This document shows, in pieces, positions 51,028 to 60,327 of a stretch of DNA of 64,000 nucleotides. Where the stretch lies: NCBI GenBank assembly GCA_963706335.1, contig CAVPME010000019.1:150432-214431 (forward strand), written 5' to 3'. This DNA comes from Terriglobia bacterium (GTDB taxonomy: Bacteria > Acidobacteriota > Terriglobia > Terriglobales > Acidobacteriaceae). A program made the position numbers and the translations under genes. The first letter of the stretch is position 1. Every line of letters starts with the position of its first letter. The notes below the pieces were generated by a model. It had not been told where the DNA came from. It saw nothing but the letters and a program-made list of their open reading frames with translations, and did no database searches.

Positions 51028-52110
51028 ATGCAACGGTGCAGCGTCGTAATGCTATTTCTCGCTCTGACAGCTTCAGTTCTGGCCCAAGAAGCTCGAGTGC
51101 CGGCAATTCCGTTTCGTTCGGTGCCAGATTTTCTGAAGTTACCTCCTGACTTGTATCTGGGCGAGGTCGCTGGCGTGTCGGTCAACTCCAAGGGACACAT
51201 TTTCGTGTTCTCGCGTGGCCAGACCACCGGTCCTGCGTACGGCGCAAGCGCCGCGCAACTTCTCGAGTTCGATCCACATGGCATTTTCCTCCGCGAAATC
51301 GGCCACAACCTTTACGCCTGGTCGTTCGCCCACTCGGTGAAGATCGATAAGGAGGACAACATCTGGGTGGCGGACAAAGGCTCAGACATGGTCATCAAAT
51401 TCAATCCCGAGGGGCATGTGGTTATGGTGTTCGGCCGTAAGCAGGAGGCGTCAGATGAAGGGACGGAGCCGTTAAAACACCCCAGGCCGCCGTTGCCTCC
51501 CGTGGACGGCATGTTCCGGCAAGTGACCGACATGGCGTGGGACGCTGCGGGCAATACTTACATTAGCGACGGCTACATCAATTCGCGAATCGCCAAGGTC
51601 GATAAGGGTGGCAACTGGCTGATGTCGTGGGGCGAGCCTGGCGGTCAACCAGGCCAACTCAACACTCCTCACAGCATCGCCGTCGATGCCGAAGGAAAAA
51701 TATATGTGGCGGATCGTGGGAATCGTCGCATACAGGTATTCGATGGCGACGGCAAGGTTTTACGACAAATCGTGATTGATGTGCCAGTTGACCCGAACGC
51801 CAGGATGGCAATCGGAAAGAAGCCGGATTTGCCCATCACGGGAAATCAGGCGATGGCGCCAGGAGCACCCTGGACCGTCTGCATCACCCCTCCACCAAAT
51901 CAAGTTCTATACAGCTCGGATGGTTTTCCCGGACGAATCTACAAACTCAGTCTCGACGGCAAGGTCCTGGGCGTGCTGGGCGAATCGGGAAAGCAACTCA
52001 AACAGTTTGGATGGATCCATGAGATTGCATGTCCATCTGAAAACGTCCTTTTTGTAGCTGAATTGTTGAACTGGCGCGTGCAGAAATTGATTCTCGAACC
52101 AATTCATTAG
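51028..52110 (+). CDS. Secreted NHL-repeat beta-propeller protein (ORF opens at 50977)
   Basis: Signal peptide MQRCSVVMLFLALTASVLAQE. Repeats such as IWVADKGSDMVIKFNPEG and IYVADRGNRRIQVFDGDG. Confidence 0.8.
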   Translation: MQRCSVVMLFLALTASVLAQEARVPAIPFRSVPDFLKLPPDLYLGEVAGVSVNSKGHIFVFSRGQTTGPAYGASAAQLLEFDPHGIFLREIGHNLYAWSFAHSVKIDKEDNIWVADKGSDMVIKFNPEGHVVMVFGRKQEASDEGTEPLKHPRPPLPPVDGMFRQVTDMAWDAAGNTYISDGYINSRIAKVDKGGNWLMSWGEPGGQPGQLNTPHSIAVDAEGKIYVADRGNRRIQVFDGDGKVLRQIVIDVPVDPNARMAIGKKPDLPITGNQAMAPGAPWTVCITPPPNQVLYSSDGFPGRIYKLSLDGKVLGVLGESGKQLKQFGWIHEIACPSENVLFVAELLNWRVQKLILEPIH

Positions 52111-52564
52111 CAGATTCCGCCTTTTGAAAGTGCCGGCGGATGCTCTCGCCGCCCCTTCTGAATTTGATTTGCGTTTCGCAAAAAAACTAACCTGCGAAAG
52201 CTTTTCCGCACTAGATCAAAGTCAGAGGCGACGCCGCTCGAAATGTTCACCCGAAAACATCTATGAGCATCAATTGCAAAAAGCATGAGGCGCGACAGCT
52301 CTTCGCAAATTCGAAAGCGGCGGCATTCCGTGCCGAGGTCTGGGGCTTTTTATCGCCGATGAGCGGGGTAACTACTTCGGGACAGACCATAACGAGGATG
52401 CGTTACCGCAAAAAGTTGCACTGTGGAAAACGCTAAACTTAAATCCTTGCTACACTATGCGCGCCGCTTCTTCGTCTAAGACTTAAACTTCTGACTTTTT
52501 GTTCGAGTCCCTCTGTGCGGGCTCGGTAACCTAGTCGCAACGTTACCTCGGCAGTCCCAGGCTG

Positions 52565-52607
52565 ACCACGTCCTCTTTACGACGGTGCAACATCTGACGT
52601 GGTTTTT
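52565..52607 (+). terminator. Hairpin ACCACGTC...GACGTGGT followed by TTTTT in the 695-nt non-coding gap
   Basis: 8-bp stem, 23-nt loop, T5 run. A second 6-bp hairpin lies at 52627-52643. Confidence 0.3.
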
Positions 52608-52805
52608 AGTTTTCATTTCTAGGAAGCACCAATCGCGTTGGTGGTCATTTGTTTTCACGAATTGACCCGGTGCGTTCGGAATAGAACTGGGGCGTCGACA
52701 AAGATCTTCAGTACAGCAATCTGAAATTTCCAGGGCCCCGCAGTCCCATCTGGCCAAAAAGGGATTCGCTCGTCAGTCCCTATCCCCAAACAAGAGGATA
52801 TTTAA

Positions 52806-54317
52806 ATGTTGAGGACGTGTGTCTTATTGTTGGCCTTGATTGCTTTTGTAGGGTGCGGTGGCGGCACCATGCCTTTCACGCCTCCCCACAGCGGTTCGGG
52901 TGGTGGCACAACTTCAAATACCGGTTCGGGCACGGGAACTTCAAGCACGGGAAGCGGCACTGGATCTTCGAATACCGGGTCGTCCGGCACGGGGTCAACC
53001 GGAACAGGTTCATCGGGCACTGGATCGTCGGGCAGCACTTCCGGCAGCGGATCGGGTGGCAGCAGTTCTACGGGCTCGGGAACAGGAACCTCCGGCGGCT
53101 CGTCAACTGGCGGCACCTCGTCCACTGGCTCAAGCAGCGGATCGTCGGGAACCGGCACGACCTCGGGTTCGAGCACTGGCACTTCGGGTACAGGGTCGTC
53201 GGGCAGCAGTTCCGGCACCGGTACTTCGAGCAGCGGGTCCTCTTCCGGCTCGGGTTCCGGTACAAGCACTTCCAGCAGTGGGTCATCCGGCAGTGGAAGC
53301 TCCGGAACGACGTCTTCCAGCGGCTCTTCATCGGGTTCGGGCAGCGGCACGTCAACCAGCAGTTCGGGTAGTGGCACCTCTGGCACCGGAACGTCCAGCA
53401 CCGGATCTTCCGGCGGTGGTACGACCAGTTCCGGATCGTCCGGTACAACTTCTTCGAGCGGTTCTTCCTCCGGTTCAACTTCCGGCTCGGGTAGCGGAAC
53501 TTCCAGTACCGGGTCTTCCGGTGGCACGTCCAGTTCCGGATCGTCCGGTACATCTTCTTCGAGCGGTTCTTCCTCCGGTTCAACTTCCGGCTCGGGTAGC
53601 GGAACTTCCAGTACCGGGTCTTCCGGTGGCACGTCCAGTTCCGGATCGTCCGGTACATCTTCTTCGAGCGGTTCTTCTGGAAGCTCGTCTTCAGTGACTG
53701 GCCCTAGCGAATTTAGTTTTGGCGGTTACACATGGGAAACCGACAGCGGGTCGGCGCCCCCTGTGGGTAATGCGAACGGAAATGTTGGAACCTTCGATCC
53801 CAAGAACGTATCTGTCGGATCGGAGTTGGTTTTATCGCTGACTCAAAACTCAAGCGGCGGTGGAGTCACCTCCAGCGGAGCCGAGGTAGTAACCCAGCAT
53901 AGATTTACATACGGGACATTCGAGTTTACGTCGAGAGTATCGGAAGCCGTCTCAGGAACCGTGACCACCGGGTTCTTATACGCCTCCGGATCTGAAACTG
54001 AGATCGACATGGAGCAAGTAGGAAACAAAAGTGACGCTGTCGACTGCACCAATTGGCATGGGGAATCAAACTTCCAGGACACGCAGATCTTCGGGTTCGA
54101 GCAGGCAAATTCTCATGACTTCAAAATCGTCTGGCGATCCGACTACGTTGACTGGTATGTGGACGGGCAACTCGTTGTACATCACACGCAGGCCGTCCCC
54201 AGCGCTTCCGCTCCATTTCTATTCAGTATTTGGGGCACAAACAAGTCCAGCTGGGGAGGTTCGGCGACGTCGGGAACTCGCTACATGTACATCAGCAACT
54301 TCAAGTACACTCCGTAA
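52806..54317 (+). CDS. Lipoprotein with a ~290-aa Gly/Ser/Thr low-complexity linker and a C-terminal GH16 glycoside hydrolase domain
   Basis: MLRTCVLLLALIAFVGCGG lipobox. GH16 catalytic motif EIDMEQ. Tail ...FKIVWRSDYVDWYVDGQ... Confidence 0.85.
   Translation: MLRTCVLLLALIAFVGCGGGTMPFTPPHSGSGGGTTSNTGSGTGTSSTGSGTGSSNTGSSGTGSTGTGSSGTGSSGSTSGSGSGGSSSTGSGTGTSGGSSTGGTSSTGSSSGSSGTGTTSGSSTGTSGTGSSGSSSGTGTSSSGSSSGSGSGTSTSSSGSSGSGSSGTTSSSGSSSGSGSGTSTSSSGSGTSGTGTSSTGSSGGGTTSSGSSGTTSSSGSSSGSTSGSGSGTSSTGSSGGTSSSGSSGTSSSSGSSSGSTSGSGSGTSSTGSSGGTSSSGSSGTSSSSGSSGSSSSVTGPSEFSFGGYTWETDSGSAPPVGNANGNVGTFDPKNVSVGSELVLSLTQNSSGGGVTSSGAEVVTQHRFTYGTFEFTSRVSEAVSGTVTTGFLYASGSETEIDMEQVGNKSDAVDCTNWHGESNFQDTQIFGFEQANSHDFKIVWRSDYVDWYVDGQLVVHHTQAVPSASAPFLFSIWGTNKSSWGGSATSGTRYMYISNFKYTP
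53451..53677 (+). repeat. 105-nt (35-aa) tandem repeat: two full, near-identical copies plus a partial third, inside the G/S/T linker
   Basis: TCTTCGAGCGGTTCTTCCTCCGG... recurs at 53451, 53556 and 53661. Confidence 0.85.
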
Positions 54318-54351
54318 CTTATTCAAAAAACAAGAACGCAGAGCACCGAAT

Positions 54352-54381
54352 GGCGCGGCGACAAACCGCGCCTTTCTTTTT
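54352..54381 (+). terminator. Rho-independent terminator GGCGCGG-CGACAAA-CCGCGCC-TTTCTTTTT after the GH16 gene
   Basis: 7-bp GC stem plus U-tract, with an A-tract upstream (possibly bidirectional). Confidence 0.7.
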
Positions 54382-54563
54382 GTTCTCAAGTCATCCGCTA
54401 TGGCGTTGAACGGGAATTCCTTGCTCGTCAATTAGATGTAGATGCCCGTAGTAATGCCTGTCCGCGCGTACAGTGACTTTCGTACCCCAGTTTCGACGCT
54501 AAACCACCGTATAATCGATCTAAATCCAAGGATTTTGCATATCTTGCACAGCAAGGACAAAGG

Positions 54564-55487
54564 TTGGACCCTTTCTTCGCATCGGCGATTTTCGTTCTCG
54601 GGCTGGCTTTCGGCAGCTTTCTGAACGTGTGTATCTACCGGCTGCCCAATGGTTTGTCGGTCGTCAGTCCGCGCTCTGCCTGCCCTGGATGCCGAGAATT
54701 TATTCGCGCCTATGACAACATCCCCGTCTTAAGCTGGTTGTTTCTGCGGGGGCGCTGCCGCAATTGCAAAACTCCAATTTCGCCGCGTTATCTGCTGGTC
54801 GAGCTTCTCACCGGGGCAATCTTCCTCACCTGTTACTTACACTTCGGCATCGGCCTCGCAACATTGAAATATTGTGTTCTCGGATTTCTTCTTTTAGGCC
54901 TCATCTTCACCGATGCCGAAACTCAACTTTTACCCGATAAGATGACCCTTCCAGGATTGGCGTTGGGAATTGCCTTCAGCCTGCTGGTTCCGGTGAATGA
55001 CCTGGCTTCGCAAATTCTGCCGGGGCTAGTGTCGCTACCTCTGAGTTCGGAGGTCTCGTGGCATCTGCTCTCGCTGGTCGACTCGGTCCTGGGAGCCGTT
55101 GTAGGCGCCTCATTCATTTACGGCGCTGGCGCAATCTATCTGCGCGCACGTGGCGTCGAGGGCATGGGCTTTGGCGACGTAAAGCTGATGGCGATGATCG
55201 GCGCATTCCTCGGGATCAAACTTACGATCTTCACTTTATTCACCGCCTCGATTGCCGGATCGCTTTTTGGACTATCCACCGTGATGGCTGTATGGATCAA
55301 ACGAACGCGGCGTCGCATGTCGCGAAATCATGAACCTGCCAGACGAGCGCGTCGACGCGCGTGGGAATCGGCCGCTATCGCCCTGCGGCGTCATCAGATG
55401 CCTTTCGGAGTTTTTCTGGGTGGCATGGCCATCGTGGCTCTGTTTTACGGAGACAACTTCTTGCGCTGGTATTGGGGGCTGCTGTGA
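54564..55487 (+). CDS. pilD: Prepilin peptidase / N-methyltransferase (A24 family)
   Basis: GSFLNVCIYRLP...CPGCRE...RGRCRNCKTPISPRYLLVELLTG...GFGDVKLMAMIGAFLG. Confidence 0.92.
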   Translation: MDPFFASAIFVLGLAFGSFLNVCIYRLPNGLSVVSPRSACPGCREFIRAYDNIPVLSWLFLRGRCRNCKTPISPRYLLVELLTGAIFLTCYLHFGIGLATLKYCVLGFLLLGLIFTDAETQLLPDKMTLPGLALGIAFSLLVPVNDLASQILPGLVSLPLSSEVSWHLLSLVDSVLGAVVGASFIYGAGAIYLRARGVEGMGFGDVKLMAMIGAFLGIKLTIFTLFTASIAGSLFGLSTVMAVWIKRTRRRMSRNHEPARRARRRAWESAAIALRRHQMPFGVFLGGMAIVALFYGDNFLRWYWGLL

Positions 55488-55508
55488 AAGTATTGATCTA
55501 ACCCCATC

Positions 55509-56348
55509 ATGCTGCGTATGGCATTGGTCTTTGTGGCGGCGGGCTTCGCCTTTGTCGTGGGGCTCTTGATGATGCGTCGCATGAGGCGAAGCATCACCGA
55601 CGAAATCTCGTTTTCGTCCACTCCACTCGCGCCCGAATCCTTTCCGCTGCAGACTTATCATGCCGTTATTCAGCAACTGAAGCAACAAACACACGAGTTG
55701 CTGAGTTCTCAACGGGAAGAACGGCGTCGCGCAAAGACTTCGGAAAATATCAGCGTAGCAGTCCTGTCTAACCTCTCATGCGGGGTGCTTTTCTTCACCA
55801 GCAACGGGCTGGTGCGGCAGGCTAACACTTCCGCCAAACAAATACTCGGATTCGCCTCGCCTACCGGCATGAGCGCGCTCGAAATATTTCGTAATGCAGA
55901 TCTGATCTCTGTGTCGGACGGAGGTTACACAAACCTAGCGGCGGCGATTGAAGCCAGCGTGCGCGAAAAGATTAAATTCCAGCAGCTCGAAGCTGCTTAT
56001 CTCACCCCGACAAACACAGAGCGAACATTGGACATCACAGTGAGTTCGGTGCAAACGCCCGACGGTGACTTCCTGGGCGCCGCTTGCCTCATCACTGATC
56101 GCACGGAATTGACTCGCATCCGCCGCGCACAAGATTTGCGTGGCGAAATGTCTGCGGAAATGGCTCTTGAGCTGCGCACTTCACTCACTACCATTTCCGG
56201 ATACGCACAGCAGCTGGCCGCGAGCCGGAATGCAGAGTTGGCACACCAACTCGCCGCCGACATCGCCGCCGAGGCTGCGCAGCTTGATCGCACGATTGGT
56301 GGCTTCCTGGCGAGCGCAAAGGGTGCCAGCGCGGGCGCAACACTTTGA
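55509..56348 (+). CDS. Membrane-anchored PAS plus DHp-like protein: histidine-kinase-like but lacking the phospho-acceptor His and any ATPase domain
   Basis: TM segment (LVFVAAGFAFVVGLLMM), PAS-like (VLFFTSNGLVRQANTSAKQILGF...ITDRTEL). The H-box position reads MALELRTSLTTISGYAQQL, against the consensus SHELRTPLT.I.GY. The ORF ends 50 aa later. Confidence 0.65.
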   Translation: MLRMALVFVAAGFAFVVGLLMMRRMRRSITDEISFSSTPLAPESFPLQTYHAVIQQLKQQTHELLSSQREERRRAKTSENISVAVLSNLSCGVLFFTSNGLVRQANTSAKQILGFASPTGMSALEIFRNADLISVSDGGYTNLAAAIEASVREKIKFQQLEAAYLTPTNTERTLDITVSSVQTPDGDFLGAACLITDRTELTRIRRAQDLRGEMSAEMALELRTSLTTISGYAQQLAASRNAELAHQLAADIAAEAAQLDRTIGGFLASAKGASAGATL

Positions 56349-56415
56349 CTAAGACTACGTCGATGCCGCTCTCTAATAATTCAAAGCGGCAAGACTGGAA
56401 GAAACGGAGCATCGC

Positions 56416-57036
56416 ATGAAACGCATTGCATATGTTGTTCTGGCCGAACTTTTGCTGACCGGCGCGCTGGTCACGCTGGCGGCCGCACAATCCGAACCTT
56501 TGGGCGATTACGCTCGTTCCATCCGCAAAGAAGACAAGAAGCAAGTAGGCAAGAAATACGACAACGATAACTTGCCCACCTCCGACAAGATCTCCATTGT
56601 TGGCAATGCCCAGGATTCGGCGGGCCCCGAGGACGCGAATCCCGCGCCAAAGACGGCTGCTGATTCAGCGAAAGCCGAGGGCACGACCGCGACTCCGGAC
56701 GCCGCCGCTCAAAATACCACGAACAAGGCCGACGCAGCCGATGCAAAGAAGGAAAGCGACCAATGGAAGCAGAAGTTCGCTGACCAGAAGTCCAAGGTTG
56801 ATCTGCTAGCTCGTGAACTAGACGTTGCCCAGCGCGAATACCAGCTGCGCGCCGCCGCCTTCTATGCCGACGCCGGCAACCGCTTGCGCAATCAAGGTTC
56901 ATGGGACAAACAAGACGCCCAGTACAAACAGCAGATCGCCCAAAAACAAAAAGCTTTGGACGATGCCAAGAAAGCATTGGACGACATGAAGGAACAAGGC
57001 AGGAAAGCTGGAGTGCCGGCCAGCGACCGCCAGTAA
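56416..57036 (+). CDS. Secreted coiled-coil / low-complexity hypothetical protein
   Basis: Signal peptide MKRIAYVVLAELLLTGALVTLAAAQS. Lys/Asp/Ala/Gln-rich helical C-terminus. Confidence 0.6.
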   Translation: MKRIAYVVLAELLLTGALVTLAAAQSEPLGDYARSIRKEDKKQVGKKYDNDNLPTSDKISIVGNAQDSAGPEDANPAPKTAADSAKAEGTTATPDAAAQNTTNKADAADAKKESDQWKQKFADQKSKVDLLARELDVAQREYQLRAAAFYADAGNRLRNQGSWDKQDAQYKQQIAQKQKALDDAKKALDDMKEQGRKAGVPASDRQ

Positions 57037-57062
57037 AAACTCGCCGACAAACTGCAATTAAG

Positions 57063-57090
57063 GCCCCCAGGATTATCAGGGGGCTTTTTC
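57063..57090 (+). terminator. Rho-independent terminator GCCCCC-N10-GGGGGC-TTTTT
   Basis: 6-bp GC stem plus T5, 27 nt after the stop at 57036. Confidence 0.7.
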
Positions 57091-57165
57091 ATTTTCTAAA
57101 TACGACCTCGGTAAGTCAGTCAGCATATTTGACTTTCGAGAGGCAGATGTCGCGTTCTCCAGCAA

Positions 57166-57711
57166 CTACATATGGATTTCGGGACTCTTTATCGTTCGCA
57201 GTCTCAGTATTTGCTTCAGGTGATGGCTTCCGTGTACCCAGTGAAACTTGCGCCACTGCCCCGCTGTCAGCGGTCCCAGTATGGGGTGGTCGAGCACTCG
57301 CGTCCTAGCACCATGACGGGCTTCGCATTTGGCAATTACATCTCCCATCGCCGCAATCTGTTCCCTGATGTCTGCCATGACCCTGTCTGCAGGCATGCCT
57401 TTGGGGACAGCTCGCTCCGGCGACTTACGGCCTTTTGGAAAGTAGCCTAGCTGTATCACCAACGCGATTTTTACTCGCTGTGCAACAGTAATGGAACTTG
57501 CCATTGGCTTCCCTGACTGCAGGCACCGTTCAAAGCCCTTTCGTGTACCGGTGTAAGTGAGATAGAGATGTTCCAGTACTTCGGCGACACTCCACTTTCG
57601 GTCGGGATGACCATCGGGATGCCGCCCAGGACGATGCGCGAGTTGTTCGCCGCTCAGCTCGGCAGTAGCGGACGCAATCGCCTCTTGCAGACGTTCCAGA
57701 TAAGAATCCAT
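57166..57711 (-). CDS. DinB-superfamily protein
   Basis: WSVAEVLEHL...GQWRKFHWVHGSHHLKQI, the His-triad pattern of the DinB fold. Confidence 0.7.
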   Translation of the reverse strand: MDSYLERLQEAIASATAELSGEQLAHRPGRHPDGHPDRKWSVAEVLEHLYLTYTGTRKGFERCLQSGKPMASSITVAQRVKIALVIQLGYFPKGRKSPERAVPKGMPADRVMADIREQIAAMGDVIAKCEARHGARTRVLDHPILGPLTAGQWRKFHWVHGSHHLKQILRLRTIKSPEIHM

Positions 57712-57794
57712 GTCCCGGCTCAGTGCTTCATCTAGTAGAATTGTTCCGGCATTTCCAGTTGCACAATTTCACAGATCATGAGGGGAAGGTGGCT

Positions 57795-58416
57795 ATGAAA
57801 AAGTTGCTGTTGGCAATGCTCGCGCTGGCCATGATGGCTGGTTGCACATCCGAACCCTCAAAACCGGCGCAAACCGAAAAACCCCAACCCAAACCGCCCG
57901 AGTATCTCACCGGACGCGCCGCCTTCCAAAAACTCTATATCGCCGCCCACGGCTGGGCGCGTGATGCACAACCTTATCGGATCGAATCGGTTTCGACCGC
58001 GGACTCGAAGGGAAAAGATGGCAAGTCGACGGTGTGGCGCGCCTTCTTCGCCTCCGCTCTGCAACACGGAGTGAAGCCTTATGTGTGGTCGGGCGAAGAT
58101 TCGTCCGATGCGCCCTCCCGCGGCATCAGCCCCGGCTCAGAGGATAACTATAATCCGACTAACTCTTCCACCCACGTTTTCGATGTTGCCTTTCTGAAGA
58201 ATGACTCGGACAAGGCACTGGAGGTGGCCCAGAAGCATGGCGGCGACAAGCTTCTCGCCAAGACTCCCGATACTCCGATTCTTGTACATGGTCGATTGGA
58301 GTCAACCCACGGGCGAACTCATCTGGCACGTGATTTACGGCGCCAATCAGTACGAAGCCAAGCTGAAAGTGGCGGTGAATGCCAATACCGGCGAATTCAT
58401 TCGCGTGGAAAAATAG
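57795..58416 (+). CDS. Lipoprotein of unknown function, one frameshift at about 58283
   Basis: MKKLLLAMLALAMMAGC lipobox after a GAGGGGAAGG RBS. The C-terminus YMVDWSQPTGELIWHVIYGANQYEAKLKVAVNANTGEFIRVEK lies in the frame of ORF 58201..58416. Confidence 0.7.
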
Positions 58417-58463
58417 AAGATGCGGGGTTTTCGCTAAGCACGATGAACAACAAAAACGTCGCC

Positions 58464-59048
58464 CTATTGGCTGGCTTGCGACGCGGTGCTGGCTTTCAAT
58501 TTCTCTAGAGCCTTCTTTGCTTCTTCAGCCAGTGGACCATTAGGCAGTATCTTCAAATATTCCTGATAGTGTTGGATCGCGTCGTCGGACTGGTTCAGCT
58601 TGTCGAAGGACTGGGCCATGCGGAAGTTAGCCAGCGCGTCGTTATTCTTGTAGAACAATGCTTCGCGATAACGATCGAGCGCAGCCCGATAGTTCTTCTT
58701 CTTGAAATAGAAATCTCCGACTTCAATATCCTTCAAGGCTGCGCGATGTGGATCATAGGGATGAAAGTCCTGCACATCGCTGCGCGTCCTCGCCGACTTC
58801 AGCTCGGGGAACAGCGCTGTTGGGATGATCTTTAGCGTCGTTAGGCGGCGGACTGAGATCGATTCGGCCGTCCCGGCTGGAACTTTCGCCGGCCTCTTTG
58901 TCACGATCTGATCGTGGAGGCGGCTGATTTTGATTTGGATCTCTCTTCCCTGGGTCGGACTGGCCTGGATTTGACTGGCTGACCCCGCGTAGCACAAGCA
59001 AGCGCACAGGAGGAAAACCAGTGAAAGGAATAAACCGACGCATACCAA
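58464..59048 (-). CDS. TPR-repeat protein with signal peptide
   Basis: GDFYFKKKNYRAALDRYREAL...ALANFRMAQSFDKLNQSDDAIQHYQEYLKILP. Confidence 0.75.
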   Translation of the reverse strand: MVCVGLFLSLVFLLCACLCYAGSASQIQASPTQGREIQIKISRLHDQIVTKRPAKVPAGTAESISVRRLTTLKIIPTALFPELKSARTRSDVQDFHPYDPHRAALKDIEVGDFYFKKKNYRAALDRYREALFYKNNDALANFRMAQSFDKLNQSDDAIQHYQEYLKILPNGPLAEEAKKALEKLKASTASQASQ

Positions 59049-59100
59049 TATTGTAGCGAACCTGGCGTTCGGGCGTCAGTCTTCTGACCGCATTCGAGGG

Positions 59101-59139
59101 TAAAAAATAGGCTGCTCCACGGGGGAAGTGGAGCAGCCT
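59101..59139 (-). terminator. Rho-independent terminator on the minus strand (12-bp perfect stem AGGCTGCTCCAC/GTGGAGCAGCCT plus U-tract) after the OmpA-like gene
   Basis: Stem 59109-59120 / 59128-59139. A6 on the plus strand (59102-59107) is the U-tract on the minus strand. Confidence 0.75.
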
Positions 59140-59170
59140 GTAGTCATCGAATTCCTCGCCGCGAGGAATC

Positions 59171-59911
59171 TTACATAGACGGCGGTGTCGTCGCGGGTGC
59201 CTGCGCGGGTGGCGTCGGCGTCGAGCTATCCGCTGAGTTCGTCATCAGGCGGACATCTACGCGACGGTTCTTGGCGCGGCCGTCTCTGGTCTTGTTCGAG
59301 TCAACCGGCTTGTCCTTGCCCAAACCAATCAAATAGATCTTGTGGGCCGGAATGTTGTGCGCCGACGCAAGGTACTGAACCACCGCATCCGCACGACGCT
59401 GGCTGAGACCATAGTTGTACTCAGCATCACCCACGGAGTCCGTTCCACCTTCGACCGCGATGATGTAGCCCTTTGTGTTCGGAACGTTGGTTGCCAATTG
59501 ATCCAAGTGCTTCTTTGCTGTGCCTTAGTCAGATTGTCTTTGTCGAAACCAAACTGCACGGCGGTCTCGGTGACTACGTGATAGTTATCCAGGTTGGCCA
59601 CGGTGTTCTGCAGCGAATCGACGCGATGAACAGCGTTGTCGGCCTGAGTCTGCGCCTGCCCTGCCTGATCGGCAGCCGCTTGGGCCTTCTGGTCAACTTC
59701 AGCAGCCTTGGCAGTGACCTGCTGGATTCCAGCCTGCGCGCGTGCATCGACGTCCTTGATCGCATTGGTATTTTTCGCGGTCAGGTCGTCGAGTTCATTG
59801 GTTTTGTTAATCAGCGGAGTGGTTTCCTGCCGCACATAATTTTTGCTGGCGCATCCGACTGTAGCCGCCATGCTCGTTGCCAGTAGTAACGACTAACGAA
59901 GTGCGATTCAT
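59171..59911 (-). pseudogene. OmpA-family peptidoglycan-binding lipoprotein with a coiled-coil N-domain; 2 frameshifts (about 59884 and about 59515)
   Basis: MNRTSLVV (start 59911), then LATSMAATVGCASKNY (lipobox, ORF 59329..59871), then LDQLATNVPNTKGYIIAVEGGTDSVGDAEYNYGLSQRRADAV (OmpA_C, ORF 59171..59506). Confidence 0.8.
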
Positions 59912-60090
59912 TGTAGGAGGGCTCCTTCCTCACTCATCTCGCAAACTTAACTTTCTGAACTCAACTTCAAAACTTTGTCAGCCACTCATTAGAGGGCATG
60001 TGCCGCGTTCGCATTGTACAAGAGCACGGTATATGCCAACATAGCAGAATCGTCGCCGCCAACCGTATGCTACCGATTGAAACACAGCAC

Positions 60091-60327
60091 TTAATCTGCC
60101 ACATCGTTCGGAGCCCTGCCGCAGTTGATCAGCAACTTTCGTGCAAAGGCGATATGCACCGAGGAATTTTTATACGGTGAAATCTTGTGCACCCGCATAC
60201 ACCGAAAACCGGGCGATCCAAACACGTTGCGGGGGATCCGCAAAAATCTGGCGATCTCTCGTGAATTGCTGCGGGCTGGCAAAACAATCCAGGATAGCGC
60301 TTTTGTTTTTCGAGATTGAGTTACCAC
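60091..60327 (-). CDS. Possible small HTH (excisionase/AlpA-like) protein. Weak call.
   Basis: SREIARFLRIPRNVFGSPGFRCMRVHKISPYKNSSVHIAFARKL loosely resembles HTH_17-type proteins. Lies in a lower-GC 450-nt gap. Confidence 0.2.
   Translation of the reverse strand: MVTQSRKTKALSWIVLPARSNSREIARFLRIPRNVFGSPGFRCMRVHKISPYKNSSVHIAFARKLLINCGRAPNDVAD

Noticed and set aside
52141-52260. c-di-GMP or other riboswitch in the leader of the 52.1-52.8 kb gap (CTGCGAAAGC resembles part of GEMM-I).
   Set aside because: Only one short resemblance. The GGCAAACC / ACGCAAAGC tetraloop-receptor pair and flanking helices are absent.
52441-52523. Possible intact tRNA or tmRNA gene around the GTTCGAGTCCC motif.
   Set aside because: The 5' T-stem (TTTTG) cannot pair with CCCTC. 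There is no matching 5' acceptor strand or anticodon arm within 100 nt, no CCA, no tmRNA 5' end and no tag ORF ending in LAA. At best it is a fragment.
52802-53697. Long ORFs overlapping the GH16 linker: minus-strand 276-aa Pro/Glu/Val/Leu-rich ORF (52802..53632), minus 53068..53658, plus 52817..53371 and plus 52858..53697.
   Set aside because: They are mirror or shifted-frame images of a Gly/Ser/Thr codon repeat that simply lacks stop triplets. Only the 52806 frame has a lipoprotein signal and continues into a recognisable GH16 domain.
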